From IMG/VR virus record IMGVR_UViG_3300026176_000228, positions 1-64,000 of that record: a stretch of 64,000 nucleotides of DNA. One strand, 5' to 3'. Position numbers and translations under genes: made by a program. Shown here piece by piece: positions 38,710 through 48,243 of the stretch; the stretch's first letter is position 1, and every line of letters starts with the position of its first letter. Source of the DNA: a virus (taxonomy: Duplodnaviria > Caudoviricetes). The notes under the pieces were generated by a model. The model made no database searches. It had not been told where the DNA came from and saw only the letters and a list, made by a program, of their open reading frames with translations.

Positions 38710-40373
38710 TGGTAGGCTCCTTGGGCAACCAGTTGACGAAATGTAGCATAGGCAGTCTGCCGCGTTGAATCCGCACATCTTTGGCGATTTGCTGGTAAAC
38801 TTTTTCGTAAGCAGGCAATTGGTTGATTGCCAGTAGACTGCGATAGTAAGGCACGCGCGCGGTCGCGGTTTCTTGTTCCTGAATCAAATTACGGATCACT
38901 CGCGCCATGGTATCGTACCAGGCTTTGTTGTCATTGGGAATCGCGTAGCCTAGATGCTCTAAGTCGCGATAAGGTTCGCCCTGCGTGCCAATCCACGGTA
39001 CACCTGCCAAGCCGCATTCCAGAGCTTTAATCCAACTTCTGTGCTGGTCGTAGATACCGCAGAGAGGCGCGAGGCCAATATCAAAGGTCTTGACAACTGT
39101 CGGCCAAAGCGCAGGTTCTACACCAGGTTGGAGCAGTTTATTGTCGCGCGGCACCGGCAGCATGTCATAGATACGCGGGTCATTGCCGCAGAGCATAAAC
39201 ACAACCTGTGGAAACTTCTTCGCAATGTCATACGCGGCTTCACGAATTTCCGTACCCCACCAAGAGTCATAGTGCGAGACACTGCCACCCCAACCGATAA
39301 CTACGCGGTCAGTCAATTTGAGTTTAGCTTTTTGTTCCGCACGCGTAGGCATGACTTCCGGCCAGAAAGTATGGTCCGCGTAGTTAGGCAGGTAGTAACC
39401 TTGGACTGCGTAGCTCCAGTCTTGCAACAGCAGACGATTGGGCGCGGTCAAACCATCGCTCTTGCGCAGGCCGCGTTCGAGAATGTCTAAAGGTGCCGGA
39501 TCAAGGTCGTGCTTGTTCTCAATCCAGAACGCGTGCGCGGGATTACTCCAGGGTAAGATATGGTAGGCATCGTCTAAGTCAATCGAGACAGTCTTGCCTA
39601 GACCCTGGAAGTATTCAATCGCGTCAATGACTTTCTCGTTGATGACGTTACGCTGCACGCGTACGTGGTCCGCTTGCATGATCCAGTCTTGGATGACCGG
39701 ATTGATGTAATCCGTGAAACCAGAGACGTGGATTAATTTGGCAGACCAGTCTTTGAACGCGGGATCGTGTTCCGCGCGATAATTGATGGCATTCGCAGGC
39801 GTGAGATCACGCCACTGGCTCACATAATCTGGTCTTCCGACACAGTGTAGGACTATCTCATATTCCTGATAAATTCAGGAACCGGGGCGCTGATGAGGTC
39901 TTATTGTTGGGACTCAACCTCTAAGTCTCTGAACCTTCCGTGATACCTTAGCCCATCACGGCTTGGCTGCGGATTACCCGATAATGTTGCCAACATCTCT
40001 TGGGCTTCCCGATTAGATTGGCTACCCTGGCAATCTAACTTTCAATTCACCCCGTTTTTCAATGCTAGTTACCTAGCAAAGCTGCCACCCAGACAGTTCC
40101 ATTCAGTTTGGCTCGGAAATTAATTTTTGTTACATCTACCTAAGATAGATGGTCAAGTCATTTCTGCTTGACTCTGCATCTTTACTTATACATGCAGCCC
40201 GGACTTTGCCTTCATCCCGTAGGATGCGCCCCATCAAGTCTCTACACCTTCCATCTACTGATGGCTTGGCTCGACGTTGCCCACTCTTGGGGTGTTCATC
40301 GAATTTGAGGCGTTCACTGACTTAGTTACCTAAGTTTCGGACTAACATCCGCGTAGATAAAAACTATTTTCAA
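38702..40373 (-). CDS. GT4-like glycosyltransferase, 3 exons: 40373-40347, 40113-40093, 39820-38702 (388 aa, MKIVFIYAD-SQTEWNC-SQWRDL...)
   Basis: RBS aaagga plus TTG; in-frame after removing two group I introns; DLDDAY, IGWGGS.SH, DIGLAPL, RSWIKALE. Confidence 0.85.
39821..40092 (-). ncRNA. Group I intron 2 of glycosyltransferase (272 nt, ORF-less)
   Basis: 5' exon ends in U (tgt) with P1 ctgtc/ggcag U.G pair; core ggttcagagactt ... gagatagtcc (P7); terminal G. Confidence 0.88.
40114..40346 (-). ncRNA. Group I intron 1 of glycosyltransferase (233 nt, ORF-less)
   Basis: P1 cggat/gtccg with U.G pair; gtgtagagactt ... ggcaaagtcc (P7); gcagaaatgac P9 region; terminal G. Confidence 0.88.
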
Positions 40374-40431
40374 CAGTGGTCCTTTCTCTTATCTAATATC
40401 TATAATCTATTATATCAATTACGCGTTATTT

Positions 40432-40445
40432 TTGGCATATGCCAA
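40432..40445. promoter_or_regulatory. Dispersed palindrome copy 8 (TTGGCATATGCCAA)
   Basis: About 60 nt upstream of the glycosyltransferase start. Confidence 0.75.
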
Positions 40446-40565
40446 ATTCAACTGCCCAATCTAAAGACTAGCCACATGACTTCACATGCCGCGACCCAAA
40501 AGACATAGGCGCGGAAGCTGACCCACAACACATGCCATAGTGCGCCAATGGTAGACGCGTCCAAG

Positions 40566-41150
40566 CTAATCTGTTTCATTGCTGGTAGTATTGTTGCTAG
40601 TGGGTGTCAGTGCGCCAGAAGTCGCAAACATCCCGCGTGCAAAGCGTGGCGCAATACGGTCGCTATCGGTATCGTAGGTGTCTTTAGAAGCCTCTGAAAT
40701 ACCACCTACAAATAATGTACCGCGACTGGTGCTGCGCGTGACGCCCATCGTGGTTAGGTCTAATGCGGTAAATTGACCGAGTTGCTTCCAGAAGTAGTCT
40801 AGCAGCACTTGCCCGCGCGTGCGTTCACCAGGCGTCAGGGTGATGTTGATACGCGTGAGTTCACTCATGCCTGCCGCGTAAAGCATGTTGAGATTACGCA
40901 GCCAGTCACGCGCCGCGGTGCCTTCCGCGACCGGTACATCATAACCCTTACTGCTTAGAGTGCTTTCGATAATACCACAGCCTGAAGATAAATAGCTGTT
41001 GACATTAGCCAGGGTAGGCGAAGTGGATGTGCCGAAACCCGTCGCGGGGCCAAGTAAATTGCGGCACATCCCTGCGATATCGGAAGCCGCGGCGTAGGCT
41101 TCCCCAGGACTGACAAAGGCTGAACCAGTGGTTGAAAAGGTATTAGTCAT
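40566..41150 (-). CDS. Head-tail adaptor (Mu gp36/SPP1 gp15-like)
   Basis: AYAAASD...IESTLSSKGYDVPV; position in the morphogenesis module. Confidence 0.7.
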   Translation of the reverse strand: MTNTFSTTGSAFVSPGEAYAAASDIAGMCRNLLGPATGFGTSTSPTLANVNSYLSSGCGIIESTLSSKGYDVPVAEGTAARDWLRNLNMLYAAGMSELTRINITLTPGERTRGQVLLDYFWKQLGQFTALDLTTMGVTRSTSRGTLFVGGISEASKDTYDTDSDRIAPRFARGMFATSGALTPTSNNTTSNETD

Positions 41151-41162
41151 TTAGAAATATTC

Positions 41163-41840
41163 CTATAAATCCGTGACCGTAATGCTTTGCGGGTTAGACC
41201 AATTCGCCCCGCCCTGCCGCCACACATAGTACGCCCCAGGATCAAGATAGACTGTCACGCGACCTAAAGTATTAGAATAAAGTGTACCGGCTTTGATGCT
41301 GCTGCCCGCGAGGTCATCTGTGACCCACACCGCGACACCTTCTAAGGGTAATGAAGACGCGTCTAGGCATTCGATAGTTACAGTTTCCGAACCGGCACCC
41401 GCGCTACTAGCAACCAAACGGTATACCGCGCCGTCCGGTTCCAGCGCCGTGTCGAGCTTGTCCGTGACTGCCTTGACCGCCGCGACCTCAGAGAGCACGT
41501 CGAAAACCTCGGTGACAATGCTGACGCTGGTGTCCGCGGCCTGGCCTGCTAAGTAGACCTTGACCACGTCGCCTGTTTCGACGGCCAGTGAGGTCGTCAG
41601 CACGGTCAGCGTCGTCACGCCGTTCGCCAGGGGCACTAGCGCCGAGGGCGACTGGTAGGCCGCGCCTGTTCCGCCAATCTGCCGCGTCAGGCACGCGCCG
41701 TAGGAGCCGTTCCCGGCCAGCCCGCTAGCCGACACCTGTACCAGAAGTTCGCGGTCGGCGTCCGCGGTGTAGGTATAGGTCAGCAGCGGATTGCCGCTGA
41801 TGTTCTGTGCCGTCAAGGTGGAGATGGCGATTCTGTTCAT
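41163..41840 (-). CDS. Virion-associated beta-rich protein
   Basis: Start MNRIAIST; VKAVTDKLDT linker and C-terminal Ig-like region. Confidence 0.65.
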   Translation of the reverse strand: MNRIAISTLTAQNISGNPLLTYTYTADADRELLVQVSASGLAGNGSYGACLTRQIGGTGAAYQSPSALVPLANGVTTLTVLTTSLAVETGDVVKVYLAGQAADTSVSIVTEVFDVLSEVAAVKAVTDKLDTALEPDGAVYRLVASSAGAGSETVTIECLDASSLPLEGVAVWVTDDLAGSSIKAGTLYSNTLGRVTVYLDPGAYYVWRQGGANWSNPQSITVTDL

Positions 41841-41842
41841 AT

Positions 41843-42589
41843 CTAGCTCACATACCACTGGCCGAAGGCCGTCAGCGCGCCGCTGATAATGAGGCGCGTG
41901 TCTGCGCCGGTTGTCGAGTACGAATCGTTGTCTGCATACCACGCATAGCCTGCGATGTTGGGATTGCCGTCCGCATACACCCGGAATATCTCAGCTTGCG
42001 CCACCGTGGGTACGCTCCACTCCGTGACCCAGACCTTGTTGATGCCGATGGACTGGCCGTAGGCGATGAACTGCTCGACCTTGGCGATAGCTGCCGCCGC
42101 GTCGCTTGCGTAGGAGTGGCAGCATATCCCGCCGTCCCATCTGGGATAGCCGCCGTAACGCGTGTTGTACTCCGTGCGCATGTTCGCCAGCCAGGTTGTG
42201 CCGAACTGCGGGGAGGGCGAGATCAGCGGCTTGTCAGGGAACGTCGGCTCGACAAAGTTGTGCCAGTGAATCGCGCCCTCGGCAGCGGTCATGTTCGCCT
42301 GCCCGGAGGCTTCGGGTTCGTTGTAGCCAAAGACCGCCACGCCATCAGTGGCCCACTGCCAGTTTTCAGGCTGCGTGTTATCGTCGTAAATCATCAAGTA
42401 CGCTGGCACGCCAGTGCCCTGGATGGGGTTCCACCACCAGTTGTAGTGCCAGTTGGGCTTGAGCAGGGCGATGCTGGCGGCTGGCGTTGCGCCCACAGTG
42501 CCCAGGCCCTGCTTGGGATGGCGCGGGTTTTGCAGGCCCTGCCGCCCCGGCCTGACCCTCACCCGTCCGCCTACGAAGCCGCCCATCAT
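41843..42589 (-). CDS. Glycoside hydrolase, GH128-like (clan A)
   Basis: WHYNW, GYNEPE, HSY, VWVTEW. Confidence 0.75.
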   Translation of the reverse strand: MMGGFVGGRVRVRPGRQGLQNPRHPKQGLGTVGATPAASIALLKPNWHYNWWWNPIQGTGVPAYLMIYDDNTQPENWQWATDGVAVFGYNEPEASGQANMTAAEGAIHWHNFVEPTFPDKPLISPSPQFGTTWLANMRTEYNTRYGGYPRWDGGICCHSYASDAAAAIAKVEQFIAYGQSIGINKVWVTEWSVPTVAQAEIFRVYADGNPNIAGYAWYADNDSYSTTGADTRLIISGALTAFGQWYVS

Positions 42590-43092
42590 GGCAGCACCAG
42601 ACTTTCGGCGTCCGCCACCGTTTGCGGGAAGGCTGTCGTCCCGTCGAACTTGTCCGCCGTGATGACGCCGTCCGCCATAGCTGTGACGTTGACATCCACA
42701 GTCGCCCCGTCAACCAGGCTGTTATTGAGTGCCGCCGCCCGGAAGCCGATCACCGGCCCGCGCCAGGGCAGCACGCCCGTCGCCACACCCGTAAACCAGC
42801 CGAACCCCTCGGTATCGTTGTTGACGGACGCGCCGCCGGAGGCGGGTATCTCGATGGTGTACAGCCCGCCGTCCTGGTGCGCCCAGTCATACGCGCCGCC
42901 CGCAGTAGGTGTGACGACGGTGGCCGTGGTCGCGCCTGCGGTCGTGGTGAAGTGCCAGATAAGTTCCAGGCCAGCCGCGTTGTAAGCCACAGACTCCTCG
43001 CGCGTCTTGAAATCCGTGTCGTCCAGCAGCGGCAAGATGTTCACCGGCACCTCCGAAAGCGCCGCATCCACATCCATCCACAGGTCAGGCAT
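42586..43092 (-). CDS. Virion-associated hypothetical protein
   Basis: aaggag RBS before MPDLWMD; GVITADKF repeat. Confidence 0.65.
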   Translation of the reverse strand: MPDLWMDVDAALSEVPVNILPLLDDTDFKTREESVAYNAAGLELIWHFTTTAGATTATVVTPTAGGAYDWAHQDGGLYTIEIPASGGASVNNDTEGFGWFTGVATGVLPWRGPVIGFRAAALNNSLVDGATVDVNVTAMADGVITADKFDGTTAFPQTVADAESLVLP

Positions 43093-43103
43093 GATTTTGC
43101 TCC

Positions 43104-43775
43104 TTATTGCTGTGCGTAGGCGTAAGCGGGTTTGCCGCTGCCGCCGCCGAGTGTATAGGTAATCACCAGCCGGGGCCGGTTGCCAGTCGTGGCACCATCC
43201 GAGGACGTGAACCGCTTGCGGCAGTTCATCGTCCCCTCGTCCGCGCAAATCAGCCACCAGCCATAGTTGGTGTATGTGCCAGCATAAAACGCTTGACAGT
43301 CGGCCAGTACGTCCCAGCCATAGGCTGTTGCCGGGTCTGTGACCGTCACGGTATCCGTCGGCGTAGCGACAAACTCCGTGCCTGCCGCGCCGCCTGCTCC
43401 GCCTGCCCAGGCTACCGAGCCGTTGGCATTGCGATAGTTATACGTGCTGGCGTTTTCGCCAGTAGGCAGCTCGGCGTTCCCAATGCCCTCGTACCATTCC
43501 ACTAACCCGCGATGCACGCCGAAAACCCGGTCAGAGGTATCCGCTTCTGACTCGCAGTAAAGCGTCAACGTGGCTGCGGTCAGCGTGGCCCCGGCAGGCA
43601 AGCCGGAGAGGTCAAACTGGAACAGGCCGCGGGAGATATTCGGCGGTGCAGCGCCGATATCCCCGATGTAGAGCGGCGATGTCTTGCCATAATTTGTTGT
43701 TGGCGACTGGCTCTGAATCAGCGTGTCCTTCGCCGTATTGACATCGCCGCCGTAGCCGTCCGTGTAAGTTGGCAT
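43104..43775 (-). CDS. DNRLRE/CBM96-like domain protein
   Basis: DTLIQSQSPTTNYG, RGLFQFDLSGLP, AATLTLY, RPRLVITY. Confidence 0.8.
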   Translation of the reverse strand: MPTYTDGYGGDVNTAKDTLIQSQSPTTNYGKTSPLYIGDIGAAPPNISRGLFQFDLSGLPAGATLTAATLTLYCESEADTSDRVFGVHRGLVEWYEGIGNAELPTGENASTYNYRNANGSVAWAGGAGGAAGTEFVATPTDTVTVTDPATAYGWDVLADCQAFYAGTYTNYGWWLICADEGTMNCRKRFTSSDGATTGNRPRLVITYTLGGGSGKPAYAYAQQ

Positions 43776-43787
43776 GATAATCCTCCC

Positions 43788-44054
43788 TTACGTGGCGGCC
43801 AGCGCCGTGGCGAGATTGGCTATATAGAACATATCCCCCCGCGCGAAAGCCGCCACGTCAAGGTACTTGATGAGTTCCGCCTGCGAAGCCTGCTGAATCC
43901 AGGCTTTAGCCGTGAACAACGCCCGCACGTTATAGAGCGTGTCGTGCGTGCCCTCGTTGCGCGTCGCCTCGTACTTGCTCACGAACCAGCCCGGAGCCAC
44001 GCGCTCGTACAACCCTATCGTGTCCTGCATCAGCGGCAGGGCGTTGGTCCGCAA
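43788..44054 (-). pseudogene. C-terminal fragment of a high-GC gene
   Basis: No RBS; begins at the composition junction near 44055. Confidence 0.5.
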
Positions 44055-44316
44055 GTATAACCGGAACGGTATAACCCTTGCTTTGTAGCGTGCTTTCTAG
44101 GATGCCGCAACCCGATGAAAGATAAGAATTTACTGCGGCCTGCGTGGGCACAGTAGACGCGGTGAAGGTAGAACTGGACGCCAAGAGATTGCGGCACATA
44201 TTAGCTACATCTGAACCCGTCGCGTAAGCTTCGACCCAGCCTTCACCATCTAACAAAACCCCAAAATCATATTGAGGCGTAAAATCGCGTAAGCCAGCTA
44301 CAACTTGTTTAGGCAT
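43930..44316 (-). pseudogene. Truncated paralog of the head-tail adaptor fused to foreign sequence
   Basis: MCRNLL...VNSYLSSGCGILESTLQSKGYTVPV matches 40566-41150; similarity stops near 44055. Confidence 0.7.
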
Positions 44317-44516
44317 AACAACCTCAACTTAGTGTGTCTTTGAGAAAGACACTTTGGCGATCAGGAATCGATGCCGCGGTCAGGTTAATGATCTGCCCAC
44401 AAGCACTGATTGTAAAGTATTGGCTCCAGTGTAAACATGAGTTGTAATAGTCGCAGCCATGGAAATCTCCTTTTAGCAAAATTAACTTTTGCGTAAATTT
44501 ATTGCTCTGTTCTGTT

Positions 44517-45119
44517 CTACGCGGGTGTCACGCCTGTGATCGGGCTGGCACTGGATGAGCTGGTCAAGGTAGCTTCCCAAGCTTTAGCCAGGTCATCTTC
44601 CTTAGTCACGGTCATGGTTGTGCCAGAAACCGACCACTTATTGCGCAGGAAACGCAGGGCGTTTAGCGCTGACCGAGCAGCCTCGTCTGTCACTTGTGTC
44701 CAATCACGCTTGAGCAAGGCGTCGGCGTTTTCGACAGCGGTAGGCACGTCGGCAATATCCGCACTCACCGATGCGCCCGCCGGTGCGCCCAGCCGCGCAT
44801 AGCTGTCGCCCGTCTGGTTGATGGACGCCTCGGTAAACACCTGCAATTGGTCAAGTACCACGCCCGACGTGGCCGACTTCGGCGCGAAAATCAGAACCTC
44901 GCCGTTCGTCTCCGCCTGCGTCAGATCGAACACATACCAGCCGGGCATGTTGGTCGCGTCCAACTCGGTCGGGTTCACGTCATCCAACTGGTCAGCCGCC
45001 GCAAAGCCGATGGACTCATAGCAGGTGATATTGGCCGCGTCGCCCGTCTTGGCCGCGCCCGTGGAGGCGGTGTAGGCAAACACCGCAATCTTCTGACTGG
45101 CCGTGTTTTTGTAGAGCAT
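44517..45119 (-). CDS. Virion-associated protein
   Basis: ggag RBS; GDSYARLGAPAGASVSADIA repeat typical of phage structural proteins. Confidence 0.7.
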   Translation of the reverse strand: MLYKNTASQKIAVFAYTASTGAAKTGDAANITCYESIGFAAADQLDDVNPTELDATNMPGWYVFDLTQAETNGEVLIFAPKSATSGVVLDQLQVFTEASINQTGDSYARLGAPAGASVSADIADVPTAVENADALLKRDWTQVTDEAARSALNALRFLRNKWSVSGTTMTVTKEDDLAKAWEATLTSSSSASPITGVTPA

Positions 45120-45120
45120 C

Positions 45121-46221
45121 CTATCTCCCCATCAACCGCGCTACGCGCCGGATCACGCCCCCCGCCCCGGCCTGCACCGCACCCTTATCCGCTTTCGGCG
45201 CTGTACTCGCCAGCCCCAGGAACGTCAGTGGGAAGGCGTCTTCTGTCACCCCCGCGACCGCGCCGTTGATGTCAAAATCCCCGTTCGCCGCGTCCACAAA
45301 CGGCGCGCCCGCCAGCGTATCATTGTTGATAGACTCGACAATCGTCTCTAGCGTGAGCGAGTAATTCGTCGCGTTGTTATAGGCGGCATTGGCGAGCAGC
45401 AGCATCGCGTTTTTATCTACGGTTGAGACTCCCTTACCAGAGTTGCCAGAGAACCCCTGCACGATATTGTTGAGGTTGAGGCTGTTGACCTTGAGAAACA
45501 GCCCCGTACCTGTAGACGCTCCGTCTGACACTATCGTGTTGTGCAGCGCCAGCGCGCCCGCGCCGCGCACTCCGTCAATGTTGCCGGAACGCAGCCGGAT
45601 GACATTGTGCGCCAGCACTGCAGCCACACCGTCCAGCAGCACCACGGCGGCGGCGGGCGTCACGCTGCCGGTGTCGATGTAACAACCCACTATGATGGAC
45701 GGTTGGCTGGAGTAGAGCGCATAGTTGCCGGCTAGGTCGTGCAGGTGGCAGCCTACCACGCGCGTCGTGCCGGATAACAGAACGCCATTGGTGCCTGTGT
45801 TGCCGTAGACCTCGCAGCGGAACAACAAGCAGTAATTACGCAGCCCCGACATGACCACATTCGCGCCACAGTTGCCCATTTTCAAGTCGATGAAATGCAC
45901 GTAATCCGTGTTACTGGTGGTCCAAATCGAGTAGGTCGCATTGCCGCTGATTTCGCCAATGCCGCCGTCATTGGCCGTGGACTTATAGCCGCGGAACAGC
46001 AGTGGAGCTGCCGCGGTGGGCGTGCCGTAGGTGGCGATGGACAATGGCGCAGCCAGCACGTCCGCCGCGCCCGCCTGGACATTGACTTGATCGCCATCCG
46101 TGGCATTGCGCGTAATCGTGTTCAGCGCGTGTTGCGTCGTCGCCCACGGTGTACCAATCGACCCGTTGCCCGTCGTGTCGTTGCCGCTGGCCGGACTGAC
46201 GTAATAGTGCGTGCGTGCCAT
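45121..46221 (-). CDS. Right-handed beta-helix (pectin-lyase-like) tailspike/depolymerase candidate
   Basis: YYVSPASGNDTTGNGSIGTPWAT start, Asn-ladder repeats, DKGAVQ end. Confidence 0.75.
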   Translation of the reverse strand: MARTHYYVSPASGNDTTGNGSIGTPWATTQHALNTITRNATDGDQVNVQAGAADVLAAPLSIATYGTPTAAAPLLFRGYKSTANDGGIGEISGNATYSIWTTSNTDYVHFIDLKMGNCGANVVMSGLRNYCLLFRCEVYGNTGTNGVLLSGTTRVVGCHLHDLAGNYALYSSQPSIIVGCYIDTGSVTPAAAVVLLDGVAAVLAHNVIRLRSGNIDGVRGAGALALHNTIVSDGASTGTGLFLKVNSLNLNNIVQGFSGNSGKGVSTVDKNAMLLLANAAYNNATNYSLTLETIVESINNDTLAGAPFVDAANGDFDINGAVAGVTEDAFPLTFLGLASTAPKADKGAVQAGAGGVIRRVARLMGR

Positions 46222-46232
46222 GCCCTACCGCC

Positions 46233-46601
46233 TTAGATGTTCGTCGGCCCCGCCAACTGGACGCCATACCCGTCCACTGTCTCTTTGTCCGGCCACACGA
46301 CCGCAGACGCCCCGCCGTTGTCGCCGTAGACGGCAGCAACGAGGTTGACGCTCCACGCAAACTTGTCCGTGAAATCCGCCTTCGTCATGGTCAGGTCCGC
46401 GCCCGCCAGTCCGCTGCCGTCCTCGATCACATCAGCGTCCGCAATCGTGGCCCACAGCGGCGCAATGGTCTGCGTGTACGCTTGCACGAGCAACTGCTGT
46501 TGTCGCAGCCCGCGCACCACATCGGCCATCGCCGCCCGGTAGTCCCTGAGAAACTCGTTGACCTGTTGTCGCTGAGTCGGTGTCAAGTCAGTCAGTGCCA
46601 T
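46233..46601 (-). CDS. Hypothetical protein
   Basis: ggag RBS; co-oriented with neighbours. Confidence 0.65.
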   Translation of the reverse strand: MALTDLTPTQRQQVNEFLRDYRAAMADVVRGLRQQQLLVQAYTQTIAPLWATIADADVIEDGSGLAGADLTMTKADFTDKFAWSVNLVAAVYGDNGGASAVVWPDKETVDGYGVQLAGPTNI

Positions 46602-46767
46602 GTTGTAAGTCTCCCGTTACCAAAGGTTCTAGCTCGGCCATGATTTGATCGAGTCCACAGTTGCAATTCACTGGGTGTTCACACGTCTCTTTGTGCTGGA
46701 TGTAACCGCCATCCAGCAGCTTCCCGATCAAGTCGCGAAACACTGCAATGGTTTCCGTGTCGTCCAT
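46588..46767 (-). CDS. Small hypothetical protein (59 aa, HxxxC...CxC)
   Basis: Strong aggagg RBS. Confidence 0.5.
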   Translation of the reverse strand: MDDTETIAVFRDLIGKLLDGGYIQHKETCEHPVNCNCGLDQIMAELEPLVTGDLQHGTD

Positions 46768-46827
46768 GAGTCCTCCTGGTTGTTGGTTTCCCTAACAACA
46801 GCTTATACTTCGCAAGTTCATGCATTC

Positions 46828-47739
46828 TCATCGTCTTCCCATAGTATACCACAAACCAAAGGCAGTCAGGTAGCCTGATTGGTCAAATAAACTGGTATCA
46901 CACTGCACCGGTTGAAAAGCCCACCATTCTTCATTACGAATATAATCCGCGAACCACGCGTGACCTAGAACCTGTGGATCAGCCTCAAAAACCTGGCGTA
47001 GTTTATCAGCTTCTACTAGAGCCGCATTGATAGAGGGTTGACCCAAGACGTTCATAGTAGTACGCGGACACGGTAAGATGGCCCATTCAGTAATCCAGAC
47101 CCCCGGTGCGTTTAGTTGTTGCGCCATCTGCTTATACCATTCCAGTTCAGCTAAGCACTCTGCCGCGGTGGGGAAATAGCAGTGCATCGCCAAACCCTTA
47201 TCGAAGCGCGGGTTAGTATGGTACAGGCGTTGATATTCTGCGACCATATTGCTGAGCCATGCACGGCCCCATGGTGAAGGCGCAGGCGCGATTAATTTAT
47301 GTTCAGGATAAGCTTGTTCAATGCGCCGCCAGAGAGTCGCGTACTTTTGCGGCGAGACATTGCATTGTTGCGGTAAGTCACATTCATTGCCACCCATGAC
47401 GCCTTCAACATACCAGGGTATTGCGGGTAACTCGCCTTCGTCATACCAACCCCACAGCATCGCGAACGCGCGCACTTCCCCATAACATTGACCAGGCTTG
47501 GCTGACCAATCGTAATACCAGTAAGCACTGCTCTGTAAAATAGTGTTACAGTTGCTGTAAGGCGAACTAATGCCCTGCTTGGGTAACTGCAAAGGCATGT
47601 TGACCATGGGCCAGTAATAAGTATAAAAGTTCTTAGCCTCAACTATAGGTATGTAGATTGTGGTATCAGCCTGCACAGTACCGGGTAACAGAAACCACAG
47701 ACATATAATCATCAAAAAGATGACAGTTTTTACCACCAC
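46828..47739 (-). CDS. Secreted GH128-like glycoside hydrolase
   Basis: Signal peptide, IYIPIV motif, WYYDW, GNECD, MHCY, VWITEW. Confidence 0.78.
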   Translation of the reverse strand: MVVKTVIFLMIICLWFLLPGTVQADTTIYIPIVEAKNFYTYYWPMVNMPLQLPKQGISSPYSNCNTILQSSAYWYYDWSAKPGQCYGEVRAFAMLWGWYDEGELPAIPWYVEGVMGGNECDLPQQCNVSPQKYATLWRRIEQAYPEHKLIAPAPSPWGRAWLSNMVAEYQRLYHTNPRFDKGLAMHCYFPTAAECLAELEWYKQMAQQLNAPGVWITEWAILPCPRTTMNVLGQPSINAALVEADKLRQVFEADPQVLGHAWFADYIRNEEWWAFQPVQCDTSLFDQSGYLTAFGLWYTMGRR

Positions 47740-47783
47740 GCTACCTGATTTCTAAGCACAAGATTGCTTGACATGTTTTGTGA

Positions 47784-48122
47784 CTAGATTGGTCGGAGGT
47801 CAAAATGGGCGCGAAAGAGCGATGCGGCCTCGGCTCCCATCGACGCGGAAACTTTGACCGCGTTGCCATAAAGTTCCAGGCTAAAGACAGACGCGACTGA
47901 AGCCGCGATAGGATACAGAGCTTCGTAATCCCAATGCGCGCCGTAGTCACTGGATTGGCGAATACGGATCGCGGACGCGGTGCCTGAAGCATTAGAGTAC
48001 AACAGGCCAACCAGTTTAGCGTAGCCGTGACAGATCGCGCTGCCAGTAACAGTGCCATTGGCCGCGAGAGAGGCACCAGTACTCAGAACTTCCGTGGTAG
48101 CTTGCGCGTATAAACGAGCCAT
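47784..48122 (-). CDS. Small virion (head decoration-like) protein
   Basis: aggag RBS; Ala/Ser-rich beta pattern. Confidence 0.6.
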   Translation of the reverse strand: MARLYAQATTEVLSTGASLAANGTVTGSAICHGYAKLVGLLYSNASGTASAIRIRQSSDYGAHWDYEALYPIAASVASVFSLELYGNAVKVSASMGAEAASLFRAHFDLRPI

Positions 48123-48133
48123 AAGTGGACTCC

Positions 48134-48166
48134 TAAAAAATAACCCAACACACGCGTATTGGGTTA
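48134..48166 (-). terminator. Intrinsic terminator-like hairpin
   Basis: taacccaa...ttgggtta followed by T-tract on - strand. Confidence 0.55.
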
Positions 48167-48243
48167 GAGAGTTAGACTGTCAGCCGCGGGTGTGTACGCG
48201 CGCCATCTAATTAAGACAGTCTATTAATTAATGGTTAATTAAG

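Noticed and set aside
38702-39823. GTG start of the glycosyltransferase at 39823
   Set aside because: No RBS; the GTG is the intron 3' end and the true start is TTG at 40373
41807-42985. 392-aa + strand ORF and other antisense ORFs across 16-57 kb
   Set aside because: Shadow frames of minus-strand genes that have recognisable motifs; expected in GC-rich DNA
44326-44460. Short ORF MAATITTHVY... with a good RBS
   Set aside because: Only 26 codons; may be a frameshifted remnant but cannot be supported
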